A stretch of 56,699 nt of DNA, filler included, from Catajapyx aquilonaris (GCA_000934665.2; 2 parts of 2 records of this genome joined end to end with filler, not necessarily neighbours in it), one strand, 5' to 3'; positions 35,860 to 49,000 are shown, counted from the first letter of the whole stretch. The notes: a model not told the origin generated them from the sequence alone. Numbers and translations: made by a program.

Positions 35860-36320
35860 CTAATAGTGAAATAAATAATAACTGATAATACTAATAGTGA
35901 AATAAATAATAACTGATAATACTAGTAGTGAAATAAATAATAACTAACAATACTAGTAGTGAAATAAATAATAACCAATAAATGTGAAATAAATAACTAA
36001 TCAAATTTTATTAGTTATTATTTATTTCACATTTATTTGCTATTATTTATTTCACATTTATTTGCTATTATTTATTTCACATTTATTAGAGATAATGTGA
36101 AATAAATAATAGCTAATAAATGTGAAATAAATAATAGCTAATAAATGTGAAATAAATAATAGCTAATAAATGTGAAATAAATAATAACTAATAAATGTGA
36201 AACAAATAATAACTAATAAGATTTTATTAGTTATTATTTATTTCACTACTATAGTATTATTTATTAGTTATTAAAGTATTTATTTCACATTTAATGTGAA
36301 ATAAATAATAGCTAATAAAT
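35860..36320. repeat. AT-rich ~25-28-bp minisatellite with orientation switches
   Basis: Unit AAATGTGAAATAAATAATAGCTAAT and its reverse complement alternate in five blocks. Confidence 0.9.
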
Positions 36321-37600
36321 ATTAATTAACAAACACGAAAACAATAGATGCAGTAAATAGCTAATTCTAATACTATTGGTGAAATAAATAATACATATGA
36401 AATACGAAATAAATAATACCTTGAACGCAAATAATAAATAAATAAATAAATAAATAAATAGCTACATAAAACTAAATAAATATTTCAACCCAATTTTGGT
36501 ATGTTGTCTCACACATTTAATAGATGGGGTTGTGGATAATTTGTAAAAAAAAAATAACGCCAGATTGCCGAATCAGATAGGTTTAGACTTTGGAGGGCTT
36601 CCAACACTAGAGAAATGGGCATCTTTCGTGCCCAAACCTTTTTAGTCAAAAAACTGGACCTTTAACCTACAGGTTGGGCACTCTGGAGGACGAACCAACG
36701 TCTGGCAGCAGAAGCAATAACACAAAAAAAAAGAAGAAAGGGGGCTAGCAATTTATCCTTTTACAAAGCTGCTATTTTTCAACGTTTGCTTTCGATTTCT
36801 CCACCTGTACTGTTTGGAACCCTAGTTCGCCCCTGGAATCTCCCAACCCCATTTGATTTACCCCCTCCTGGGTCGGTTGCTAAGGGTAAGAAAAAAAAAA
36901 TACAGACAGCAAACCCCCCTTCGGCTTAATTACGCAGGGGGTATATAAAAGTGACGGTCATGGCCAAGCGCAGAATTACTTATTGATTTTCCTCGCCCTA
37001 ACGTTTAGGATAAATCTGATAAAGTGTAACCTGTCAAGTCTCCAACCTATAGCTAATAATCCGGGATTGTTATTCAGCCAACAATGATCAGTGCAAATTC
37101 AGTCGTTAACCTCCCTACACTTTATAGGCACGTAGTAATTACCAATTTTCTAATGACGACAGCTGCGGTCGACACCACATAAATACATCACGGTCGTGTA
37201 CCAATTTACCTGACTAGTTCATGCACGATCCCTCCCCAGAGGGCAGAATGATAGGGGGAAAAAAAAAACTAGGGAGGAATAGCAGAGTAATTCGATAATT
37301 TCCCTCCTCCCCTTGCGCGTAATTTATTTAATTAAAGTCAATTAGGGTAATGTCCCGGTGTTTCCTCGAATAAATCTATGGAGGATGAGACGGTTGGTGG
37401 TAGCAAAATTGCTGCACGGAAGCGCCATGTTTGGGCTTCTTCGGACCGTTAATGGCGCAAAAATGGCCGTGACAAAACTATTCACTTTTTCGTCTATCCT
37501 ATTATGAACAATTCTACTAATACAGACTATACAGTGCCGCACAACCACGTACAAAGGACTAAAAATTAGCTGCTACTTTGCTGTAATATGCTTAGACCAT

Positions 37601-37923
37601 ATTCTAAGGTAATTTATAAGGTAATTTATAAGGTAAATTCTAAGGTAAATTCTAAGGTAAATTCTAAGGTAAATTCTAAGGTAAATTCTAAGGTAAATTC
37701 TAAGGTACTAATTTATAAGGTAAATTCTAAGGTACTAATTTATAAGGTAAATTCTAAGGTACTAATTTATAAGGTAAATTCTAAGGTACTAATTTATAAG
37801 GTAAATTCTAAGGTACTAATTTATAAGGTAAATTCTAAGGTACTAATTTATAAGGTAAATTCTAATGTACTAATTTATAAGGTAAATTCTAAGGTAATTT
37901 ATAAGGTAATATTCTAAGGTAAT
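37601..37923. repeat. Tandem repeat, 12-bp and 27-bp units
   Basis: (TAAGGTAAATTC)n followed by (TAAGGTACTAATTTATAAGGTAAATTC)n. Confidence 0.95.
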
Positions 37924-39456
37924 ATGGCGGTCGATTCTTTTGTTTCAGAACATACTGCATGTGGTCTGATCAATAGGAAGCAATTATTGTTATTGTTGGA
38001 CCGGAACTTGCTGATATCACAGCTGCCAACACCGAGCACTCTCATTTGTCACTTACGATTGGATTTTTTTTTAAAGAGGGGGGGAAGAGCATGACAGTAA
38101 ACACCTGTCGAACCGGGTTTTAACCCAACCGGAGCGGTATTGGACAAGCCAAAAATTATTGCGTGATGATGAGCCGATAAGGTTTTGGTTAACGAGTTTA
38201 CCTGCATGAGTTATTCTCGGGATTTGAAAAGGACCTTCGAAAATATGACTTCCTGCAATGTACGTGCGTAATACACTAACATTTTACTGTGAGATTTTAA
38301 CCGGGGGTATATTCGTGATCGGATGATTAACCGTGCAATTATCTGCATCAACAACAATCGCTTCTGGCGATGTGTTTGTGGCATCCAGACTCACCTTTTA
38401 TTGCCTTTCTCTAACCGAACCCCCCCCCCCCNNAAAAAAAAAAAACCCGCGAACGAGTGACTGTGAATTAGAAACTGTGAAATGAACATTTGTTTTTGAG
38501 CTCCCAGCATGACCTTAATTACACAGCGACACCGAAAGCCAGTGGCGTAACGGACCAGCCTTTTCATTTTCACCCTTTTTTGCACTCCGATGCATCCGGA
38601 TTATTGTTAGTTCAGTGACGATTTGGCTCGTTTGCGAATTAATTTCGCGCCGGTACAGTCCAAAACCAAAAGAGCCAGTTCTAACCATTTCAAACGAGGT
38701 ATGTATACGTATATGTCAACGACTGTACTAGTACAGGGTGCATGTCTTTTACATTACTGTACTTACTTTGTACAGTCATGTAACCGGTGTGATCTGAACC
38801 GCGACTAATAAAAAGTGATTAAGGGCGACAATTTACCTCCGTAATCAACCAGTCTGAAACTAAAAGTGCCCCTTAGCTTTCCGGAGCGTAATTGACGTTT
38901 CCTTTTAATTTAATAATCCCCCCTTTCGCGTATGCGTTAGCGGTGTATAGTGTGCGTATACGTGAGCGACGGAGCGTAAATTTTGACATCAAGCCCTCCC
39001 ATATTCCCTCAACTCATATCCCCATGTGGCTGCCTCCAATTTTGGGAAGTGGGTCCCCCCCTTCTTCTTGTGTGGTAAAGGCCACTTGAAAGGAAGGGGG
39101 TTAATTGCAAAATGCCTTGCCAGGAGTCGCTGTTTTTTTTGTTGAACTTCAAAAAAATGGAGGAGGGTAATATAGAGACCCACCGCACGCAATCTAATAT
39201 GCATATTGACATGGGTCGGCCCACCGTTCATCAGACTGTGTGACGTGGCCCCATGTACGCTCCAGTGATTGAAATCCCCGCAACAAGGGCCAATTAAAGA
39301 ATCACTCTAGGGCTGCCTTCTAATTATTGGCGTGTCGGTTTTAACCTCCATTCTAGCCCCCGCCAACCTGCTCAAAGTGGCCACTTAAACGGCAGCTTAG
39401 CCTAATTGGATGATACCGCCGGGTCATTTTGGGGATGTGCGCAGTACCGTTTTTCA

Positions 39457-39936
39457 GCGGTGTTATAGGGTATAGAGTGGGTAGGTGCTGAGACCTGGCG
39501 TGCGATTTGCGAGTCGCAACTCGCCCGGAAGGTCTCAGCACCTACCCACTCTATACCCTAAAACAGCCCACGGACACTACCCCTACAGTCTTATCTTATC
39601 GCCTGCCGGGGCATTTTGCATGAGGTGCTCACTTGAGAGCGCCATGAGACATTTCACTGCTATATTATGTGGCGACCCTACCGGACCGCTCTGTACTTTA
39701 TAGTTACAAAAGGGAAGCGCTACATTGGGGGACCCAACATGGTCGCCGGCGGTCATATTGGGCCCGCATGTAGGGCTTCCCTTCTACCTAAGTTCAGCGC
39801 GGTCCGGTAGGGTCGCCACATGATATAGCTGTCTCATAGCGCCCTCAAGTGAGCACTTCATGCAAAACGCCTCCGGCAGGCGATTAGAGGGAGTGACCAG
39901 ACCTGAGTATTCTAAGACCATGCCCTAAAACACCGC
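39457..39936. mobile_element. PIF/Harbinger-like MITE containing two internal hairpins
   Basis: TIR GCGGTGTTATAGGG / CCCTAAAACACCGC, flanks TCA/TAA; internal stems 39466-39560 and 39598-39884. Confidence 0.6.
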
Positions 39937-42024
39937 TAATGCTTCCATACAGGGTTGCCAATCCGAGATGACTTGTCCTATTCTTGTAAGCTGTTTTGTG
40001 GCTAAATAGTGCTTCAATGGTCAAATGGTAGCCAACAAAATTCGACTAACTTCCAATGACACAGGTTGGCTACACTGATGGTGTGGGGGTTGTTCGCATC
40101 ATTTCGAGGAGATAACGATGACTCGGCAGGTTTGATCGCACAGTAGTTCCTTCAATGCTGCGTGTTTCACACACTCATGCTTCCATTGCGCCATGATAAG
40201 CATTGTCTGAGTCTCACTTTTGTTGCTTTTATCGGCTCGCTTCCATTTGAACTCAGCGTGGGATTGCGACGCTGATCTAGATTGAATTAATTCCTGATTG
40301 GAGTTGGCACAACTGGTTTCAAATTTAGCCCCGGTCCTAACCCCGACATTTTGACCACGATCCCTCCCAAAAATACGACGGCATCTGTGGAGAATCGGCC
40401 ACGTCCTCGTGGGAGCCTCCTTGGCTATTCACAAAATCGCCAATCACTCTCGGGTAATTAGCCAAGATAGATAGCATAGCGTTGGCAGTTTTCTTATTGT
40501 TTTCGAGGGGACAAAGGAGAAATTAGCTTGATTTAAAAGTTGGCTGATGAAAAAGCGCTACCATAATGGACGAGCCGCAGGGGGGCAGAGCAGTGGGCGT
40601 TGTTAGAAGATTACGGCCAGGTCCTTGGGCTTTTTGGCCGCATACTTGGGAGGAACTTGGAGGGGGCTGGCCTCATTTTTGGAGCTTTTGTTGGGCAAAA
40701 ATGGAACAATTATTCACGCAGAGGCGGTCCAAACAAGCCCGACCGAAAAATGTTAAAATTAGATTAAGCAGATGGCAGCACCTATCCTACAGCGCCATCT
40801 ACAGGCGATTATTATTTTTTCCACTAAACGACTAGCTAGATGTGATTCAGCACCGTTACACCTCATTATACCCATGCACGTGCGATACGAGACCGTGTAA
40901 GCACATGTGACAACCCGTTTCGTTTTTGCGGCAACCAGATGGAAATCCGCGAGACCTCCATATGTCAGTCTCGCTGCACGTTTGCAAGCGAAACACACGC
41001 CCATTTTGATTATCTCGTGTCACTTTCAATGGCGCTTGTTTGCGGTTGAAATCAAGCACGTCATCCTGTATAAAGCCCCTACTCGGAATCGATCTCTGTC
41101 CCAAAAGTCCGGAAACCCTACTTGGAAAAGTGGTATACCCTAGACGTAATCACTCACTCTATTAGCCCCTGCGGTTCTAATGAAAAAAAACCAGCTAAGT
41201 GCCAGACAGTTTCTGATAGAGAAAATTCTATTAATTCCTAATATTGTACCAGCTATTTACAACTTTTCCAGTCAGATAGCTGTTCTTCTGAAAATATCGG
41301 ATTAGTCCGACTGATAGCCGTTAATGATTTGGCGTGACGTCACGGAACCCCCCTCATGATTTGTGAGTATTTCCACCGAACCATCGATTCCTAGAAAGAT
41401 TCTCCGTAAAAAAAATACTGGCGGCCTAATGAGAAAATTGATATGTGAGGTCCCAACAAAAGTCCACGCCTCCTCCTCCTTTGGTTAACCATAGTTTTTT
41501 TTTGTGGCCTACTGTCATCTACCTGGGTATATGTATAACCCCGAGGCGAGACTCCGGCTGGGTTTATGGAGCCGGGGAGCAGGGCCTCCTACAGAGACAC
41601 AAATTAGTTGTAAATGAATTGTTTTGACGCAGACCGCATTAGGACCGCCAGGAGGGGCAAAGGTGAGGACTACATCGGGGACCCGCCGAGATGCAACAAA
41701 AAAATTACCAGTGACAAATCTAGGATTCGGCAGGGACACCTCGAAGGTACGACACACACACAAAAAAACAGGAGGCTCGTACCATAGGACGTTAGAAATA
41801 TAAATGGGCATTTCAACGCGAGTCTTTGTCATTTTCTAACGTACCTTAACCGTGTAATTAAGGGGAACCGGGGACGAAGAGGAATGTCTTTGGATATGGT
41901 TCGGTGGTACGATTGAGTTGTGGTCACTGAATCGATTGGTGAACACAGAACGGTGCACCTTGGTGTAATGAAATTGTTTCAGAAATAATGTAGATATCAT
42001 AAATATTGAGAATATCTGTGGAGA

Positions 42025-42325
42025 ACGGGATCTGGACTTTTCGCCCCCGCCATTTCGCTCCCGCCGTTTCGCCCCCCGTTTGAAGCATTCGGTTGGGCAT
42101 TTCTAGAGAAGTGACCTGCCCTTGTGTGTAGTCTGGCTACGGCGGGTGCGGGCGCTGATTGGCTCGCAGATTCGCGTAGCCCGAGACCCGTCGAGAACAT
42201 CGATATTGAGAAATAATCTGTCGAGAACGGCGATATTGATAATTCTCCATCTAAAACGTCGATATTGAGAATATCTCTTATCGAGTACATCGATATTCTC
42301 GATGTAATTATATCGTGAATATCGA
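42025..42325. repeat. Transposon-like fragment with TTTCGCCCCC repeats and ~30-bp tandem repeats
   Basis: Three TTTCGC(C/T)CCC copies, then about four copies of TCGAGAACATCGATATTGAGAA-like units. Confidence 0.65.
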
Positions 42326-42376
42326 TAAGGAAAGTATCAATAAATTGATTAAAATTCCATCACCAGATGTCCTTAC

Positions 42377-42422
42377 CTGTATGCGCGCTTCAGTTAACCC
42401 AATCTTCATCGCCAGTTCCTCC
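42377..42422 (-). CDS. al: aristaless 46-nt homeodomain exon (EELAMKIGLTEARIQ); not present as such in the ORF track
   Basis: TTGCAG|G GAG GAA CTG GCG ATG AAG ATT GGG TTA ACT GAA GCG CGC ATA CAG|GTAAGG; phases 2 and 0 fit both neighbouring exons. Confidence 0.97.
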
Positions 42423-44691
42423 CTGCAACGACAAAAGACAGTCATGAATACCGGTCACGCTTAATGTGTGTAATGAATTCGATTGAATTCGGTCCCCGTC
42501 ATTCGGACAGATAGACAGGTCCTGCATGTGTATGATACAGAATGACAAAGGCCGAACTCGTATGACGGGTCGTGACCATACCGGTGTGAAAAGGTGTCCG
42601 AAATAGGACCGAATCGGTCGTGTCCACACATTAGGCCTAATGTACCCTCTTGAGAGAGGCGCAACAAGTGCTCATTAGGTGGCTTCTAGGGGGTTCGCAT
42701 GACCTACACCGACATTGTTGCTGTGACAAGCACTTTTAGGGAGTTTCAATAGGTCCAATTAGGCGGCGCGATATGTCAGTCCCCCTCCATATACAATGAC
42801 ACACTGTGCATCTGTTTCCTCTTGTCATGTTGCGCCATTAATTGAGGATAATTCCATGTAATTGTGTAGAGACAGGCAGCCGGAAATCGCTATTACACGC
42901 CTAGGTCCGTCTATAAAAAAAATATCCGGGTAACTAGGTGTGTTTCCGCGGAATTCTGGGTGGTGAAAGAGAAAAGGGCAATCCGGTTACGCTCCGATTG
43001 CTGGGGCTACCATTACCGAAACAAAGTCGATGACTGTTGCTGTTACCACGTTTCACTGCTGCAAATAGGCGCTACTGGAGCTGGCTCAATAAGAGATGGC
43101 GCTACTAGCGCTACTAATGCGCCTTGATCAAAGATGGCGCCAGTGACGCTGGCTCAATAAGAGATGGCACCACCAGAACAAACCAAATTGGGCGGAGTCA
43201 TCAATTGCCACGAATGCTCACAAGTGAAGCCACTTAGATGACTTGAATGACGCCCGCATCAATCTGAATATAAAGATAGTGTGGTTGTACCGCTAATGTG
43301 TTCTTAATGCTGCAAAGTAGATCAATGCCGGATTTGATCCAATGAACATTTACCTCTCTACTCTTTTTACTTATCTGCAAAAGTTACTGCGACGTAACAC
43401 TTTATTCCACTGATAAAGACGCTCGACTTGTTCCTGAACCTCGATGTCTTCTACTTTTTTTTTAAAAACAATTCACTGAACCGAGTGGTGCAAGAGTTGT
43501 CCATTATACGGTATCGGAGTGGCCATGTTGTAATCTTCTTATAGGAACGGATTTCATCAAGGGTGACAGGTATGCCACATGTTGAAGTGTGACCATACGA
43601 CAAACATTTTCAGACTATGGCTCCAAGAAGTGTCTGGAGTGTTTTGGTTATGCCCCCTCTTCTTTTCTCTACCACCACCGCGGGCTCCCTTTGGCTCCAT
43701 CCAACCTTCAGAAATGGTGGGGTGTTGGAAGGTGGGCAGGGGTAGGAAGGTGGGGAGAGTAATTGCCAGGCCAAGGGGAAATTACGGGGTAGTGGGGCCT
43801 GTCGGGAGTCCCTGCAATTTAGCGTCATTACGTATTGTCCACTTTAATGAAGTTTCCGTCGGGGCCCGTCATTAGCCCCGCTGCATTAAATTAATAAAGT
43901 GAGAAAATGTGTTGGGGAGCTGCCGGTCAGGGGGCTCATTCGGATGGCCGGCCTCGCCTTCATTCCTGCATGCATTTCATAATTAGATTAACCTGTGAAA
44001 TTTTCAGGGGGTTTGAAAAATGCTACCGATGACTTGGCACTTGGGTCTGGAATGTGGATGGGGGGTAGCCAGTTCATTACTAGGGCGCTCCGATCGCACA
44101 GGATGATTAGATCGTGATTAGCATGATGCACTGTGCTGTGATCCGTTCCATCATACGAGTCCCCTCAGGCGGTCATGTTTACAAAGTTTATTTATTTACA
44201 TTGGGATGACGGGAGTGTTTTTTGATTCATGAAGATTGCCATGGGTAGTACGGTAGTTGATGTCAACAAACTGCACTGAATTCAAATCGTTCGACACGGG
44301 CGGGCGGACATGTTGGCAACGTCGTAGAAAGGTGTGTTGATATCCCTGCCACACAAACCGATCATTGCATAAAATATTTTAGAAAATAAATCAGACACTA
44401 TAAATCACATGGGCGTCCTTCGCACGTCGCATCATTCTCAGCAAATAATTGCAGTAATTACACATGCACAAATGAGTTCATGTCATTCTCATGTAAGATT
44501 GCATCGCCAACAACAAAATCTCGTCACACTTCCTGCAAGTGTATTCTCATGTTCATACCGCAAAAATCCCCCCCAGAAGTTGGCCAGAACCAGCCCAACA
44601 CGCGACTTGGCTACCATGTGAAGACTTGCAGATGTTTGACATCACGCAAACCGGTTGGAAATAAGGTGTCGCAAATTTTTGCATAACTCAC

Positions 44692-44978
44692 CTTGTGAAC
44701 ACATCTGGATAGTGTGTCCTAGCAAATGCCTTTTCCAGTTCCTCAAGTTGGTAGCTAGTGAAGGTAGTCCTGTACCTTCTTTGCTTCCTCTTAGGTGCGA
44801 ATTCGTCCATCTCTCCCTCACTATTGGTTTCAGATACACCAACCCCATCTCCTCCAGCTTCCGAACTCTTCTTGTCTTCCTGGTCCTGGTCACCACCTAG
44901 TCGTTCTTCAGGTCCACTTGAAGATGGCGCTGGAGACGCTCTGGATTTGTCCTCTTCCGCCGGCGAGTCCACACTTAT
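44692..44978 (-). CDS. al: aristaless exon with acidic N-terminal region and homeodomain helices 1-2
   Basis: CTAAT branch + CACAG acceptor; ISVDSPAEE...[46 protein letters not shown] donor. Confidence 0.96.
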
Positions 44979-45226
44979 CTGTGGTCATTAGTGGGTTAAT
45001 AACAAGGTCAGGAGTGTCGTCTGGCACAAAAAGATGGGACTTTGCGTGTCATAATTTCGGAAGGAAGAGCCGGAAGTAGGCGGGGTTCATGCAGGTGGCG
45101 CTGGGCTCAAACTGGAAATTTGGTGCAATAAATTTGCGGGAAAGCCAATTATTTTGTGGTTAGGCCTCTAGGGGGCTTCCGGCGGCCATGCATTATTTTG
45201 AAGATACAGGGTGGGTTGAAACGTAC

Positions 45227-45268
45227 CTCTTCCACGCAGGTTGGTTCGGCCTTTTCCGACACCCCCAT
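45227..45268 (-). CDS. al: aristaless probable first coding exon (MGVSEKAEPTCVEE)
   Basis: ACCATGG Kozak context, resembles the fly Al N-terminus MGISEE, GAG|GTACGT phase-0 donor; total CDS 1041 nt = 346 aa. Confidence 0.8.
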
Positions 45269-45761
45269 GGTCGATGTGGCAGTGTCGTTGGTTGTGTCTG
45301 TCGGGACCTCCGTGGTCCCCACGTCCAAAGGCAATGTTGTGCACACTTCTGGCCGGTCTTCCTTTGTTAAGGCCGAGTAATCTGTAATATACAAAACAGC
45401 GGGTATTGTTGAGAAAACATCTAGCTAGTGAGACACACTCGAGTGCACGGGAATGTAACTGCATAAAAATGCATATCCACAACGTAACTACTCTTAATGA
45501 GTATCTGTAACCTCATAAAAATGCTGTTGACAAAAACGGTTAGGCACGATGGTATTATGTAACTGCTTCGTAACAACATCGTTAGTTCCTAGTTTTTTTC
45601 TCTCGCGGAGTTACTGATTTTACAATTATTACCAGGCACTATTGTGACAGACCTCGTGAGTTATATTGCCTCGAAATAAGCATGAAATGGTGATTTCGTA
45701 ATAACCTGGTAATTTGCATGATTAGGAACTGAAATAATTATTTACATGTAGCAGGATGAGC

Positions 45762-46035
45762 ATTACAAGGTTGTAACTACATAGGATTTTCATATTGCAG
45801 TTACAACCTTGTAATTCTCACCCCGTGCTATGTACATTTTTATTGTATTTACTCTAATCATTTCTTTCAGAAACATATATTATTATAACTTATAATAATG
45901 TTTCTGAAAGAAATTATTAGAGTAAATACAATAAAAATGTACATATCGTGGGGTGAGAATTACAAAGTTGTAACTACAATATGAAAATCGCTACGCTCGG
46001 CGGTGCGGCTTCGCCCTCCCCAATGTGGGGCTTCG
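45762..46035. mobile_element. Foldback (arms ~100 bp, 45785-45989) followed by a Helitron/Helentron-like GC-rich end
   Basis: GATTTTCATATTGCAGTTACAACCTTGTAATTCTCACCCC... is mirrored by ...GGGGTGAGAATTACAAAGTTGTAACTACAATATGAAAATC; GGCTTCGCCC-type hairpin motifs follow. Confidence 0.65.
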
Positions 46036-49000
46036 TCCACTTCGCGTTATATAACATTGTTTCTCAATGCTAAATGGTTTGGCCTAATGACACTCCCGGA
46101 CAAATCTAGCACTAACTACATCCCCATCTTCAGTCAAACCCCGCGTACTAACTCCGTGAAAGTGCTCAGTAAACCCTGGTATTATTATGCATCGATTTAT
46201 TATCGCCCCCATCGCATAATAACTCCCGGTATTAATACAAGGCCGATCAATTCAGGTGGGTGGAATGGGGAGCTAAGAACTGTAAACTTGGTGGCGTCAA
46301 ACCCCCGTGGTTTGTTGTTAGGGCTACCAGATAATTAGCGCATTGAAATAAATTAAAGCTAATAGAATCCAGATCGGTAATCATGCCCTGGAGGGCCTCC
46401 TTGCGTGCTGCCCATACATCAACTTTACCCGTCATGCATTTTCGTGTTGGAAAGGTTTTTATACAGGCCTGGTTTTAACCTGACCAAAAGGATGCTGCCG
46501 GTGCTTATGTGTCATCCTGTAAGGACTCCCTTAATTCTGTTCTTTTCAAAAAAAAAAAAAATGGTATACCCTAAAGGAGAATCACGATCTAGGTTTTTAT
46601 GCCGACTTTGATCCGCTAACGGAAAACAAATGACTCCAATTATCATTACGACCCTATTGATTATGAAGATAATCGCAATGGTAATAATTACAATAATAAG
46701 CAAACTTCCCGAAAGGTATATACGAGTACAGGGTGAGGTTATTTCCTGCCCCATCTTTTTTTCAACCAAATGAGTGGTTCGTATACAGATTTCTGTATCA
46801 ATAAAACCATAAAACGTGGAACTAGCTTTATGATGTTGCTCAGGTAGGTTGCATTATTATCCCCCCCACTAATTTTTTGAAGGCGGATTAGGGGGGGGGG
46901 GGGGAGGCAAGGCTGCCACATGGATTCCCTTAATAAGCCGCCGATGGCACTTTTTTCCACCTTGGCTTTTTATCCTTATGGCGCGCTCCCATGCGATGAT
47001 ACATGTTTTCATTAGTGACGTGACTTAGTTCCTTTACGATTAATAATTGGCGCAATAATGGCGCCAAGCAGGTATGTTGATTGAGGATATAGTTCGCCAC
47101 GTTGCAACCAATTTTTTATAAGGGGGGTGCTAAATTTTCCAGCTTCTGATCAATAAGCATGCAATGTACAATAGGAGCTAGTAAATTCAAAATGCGGCTA
47201 AGTGTCCTCAGTCTGGCAACATGCTAATGATTGATTAATTTCTAGCCAGAAGAAACGGCAACGTTTAATCACTGCGGGTGGCCACCCGAAATAACAGGTG
47301 GGTCAGGAGACCGCACTATGTTCCATATAAACATAATTTGCATAAAGTAAAATTTATTTTACGTTAATTATCCATTTCATTATTAACTTACATAATTTTT
47401 ATTCATTTACAAGCGCGGTAACTGACAATAAAGTTGCCTTGTTGTTGCACAAAGGCAGCCTAATTGGCGCCAGTTAATTAGAACTGGCTAAGAATTTGTC
47501 AAGAGACCGCATATGAAATATGGCTCGTTTGCTGATCTCGCATGCATGAAGTGCGTTCTTATCACCTGACATAATATATTCATAGTTGATTGATACCTGG
47601 TCGAGTTGGAATGGATGTGAGGCGCGGGTTTTAATGCATAGAAAAGGGGGTGAAAGACACATTGCATCGGTGTCGTGTCGGCGTTGGAGCCTTACCTCGT
47701 TACCTTTTACGGATTAATGAAGTCGTTTGATTGCAACCGGGTAGTGCGTGCCACTTTGCCAATGAGTCATTCATTACCGAGGGAATTATTTGTGCACCAA
47801 CCGGTGGTACCGCCGGACCTTGTGTGGTAACAGGAGAGAGGTGTCCAACTTAGTTAAGGTCATATGTACCGAACCCCCAAAATACTGTACCGTATTTTAA
47901 CTATTATTGCATCAACAGATGGAAGCGGATCTGTTTGTTACACACACAAAAAAAGTGGTTTTTACACCGTGTCCAGTAATTGCTGATTATTGTCTAGGTT
48001 GCGAAATAGCTTCATTTAATCACTTTGTTATCAAGGTTTCTTGGGATACCTGTCCTTGCAGCGTGTTTCTTCATTGTTCGGGGTGAGTCAGCACCGCGTC
48101 CCAAGATCTCTAAATGAAATCATTGCGGTTTCCATTATTTTCCCCTTCAATACCGACATCCTGAGAAAATTACCAGCAGCTCATCTCCTCTAACCATTTT
48201 TTTTTTGTATTCTTATAACCATTTCTTTCCATGCATATCAAATGTCGTGATCTAATTAAATTAGGAGGCCACTTTCGTGCACTCGGCCCAAAACGGGTGA
48301 GATACCGCGAGTTTTGCGGGGTCGCCGATCATGCAATGTAAACGAGCCCTCAATAATTACAGGCCAGGTTTATAGGTTGGGTAGAAAAAAAAATTGAGAG
48401 AATCAATGGTGCAATATGCTGTGGGTGCGGTATACCCACACACGTCAGTGTCTGTCCTCCCCCTCAGCACCTGTCACAACTCCGGTTTTGGGGGAGCTGT
48501 CATGACCCGGGTGGTATCAACAGGTCCTACTAACGACCACCATGAAACGGAAGGCAATGTCGAAACGTTTTGTATCTAACCTGCCAAGCACTATTCTTTT
48601 GAGTCCAAAAAAAAACACACCCTAGAACAGTAGGTGGGACCCCCACAAGGCTGTGCATGCATCGCAGCTAATGAGGATTCGATACACCTTATTTTGTAAC
48701 TAATATTAAATTTCGGTTCTCTCTCTGCAATTACCAGGCGGCGTCTCTGCCGCCATGCAATCACGCAACCTGCGCAGAACCCACGCGCATAGAGTCAAGT
48801 TGTGGATCACAAATCATGACGAATTGAACCAAATGGCAAATTGTTGCTAGGTGTGAATGAGGTAATTGAGGTCAATATTTTATAGAGACGTATATAGGTC
48901 GACACTAGCAAATTAACAGATCTGGTCAGTGACAAGTAATGGGGTTTGAACAGGTAAAAAAAAATTAGTTGGAATTCCTGCCATTTGGTAATTCTCAATA

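Noticed and set aside
37588..37917. 109-aa ORF of (KVNS)/(KVLIY) repeats
   Set aside because: Translation of a tandem repeat; no splice or homology support
39950..40078. hAT-like TIR pair CAGGGTTGCCA / TGGCTACACTG
   Set aside because: No 8-bp TSD and mismatched TIRs
42190..42325. ~30-bp repeats that could be mistaken for a CRISPR array
   Set aside because: Degenerate tandem units with no unique spacers, in an animal intron, with no cas genes
43980..48263. Autoregulation inferred from two P3 sites
   Set aside because: One to two TAATNNNATTA matches are expected by chance in ~25 kb of AT-rich DNA; not evidence on its own
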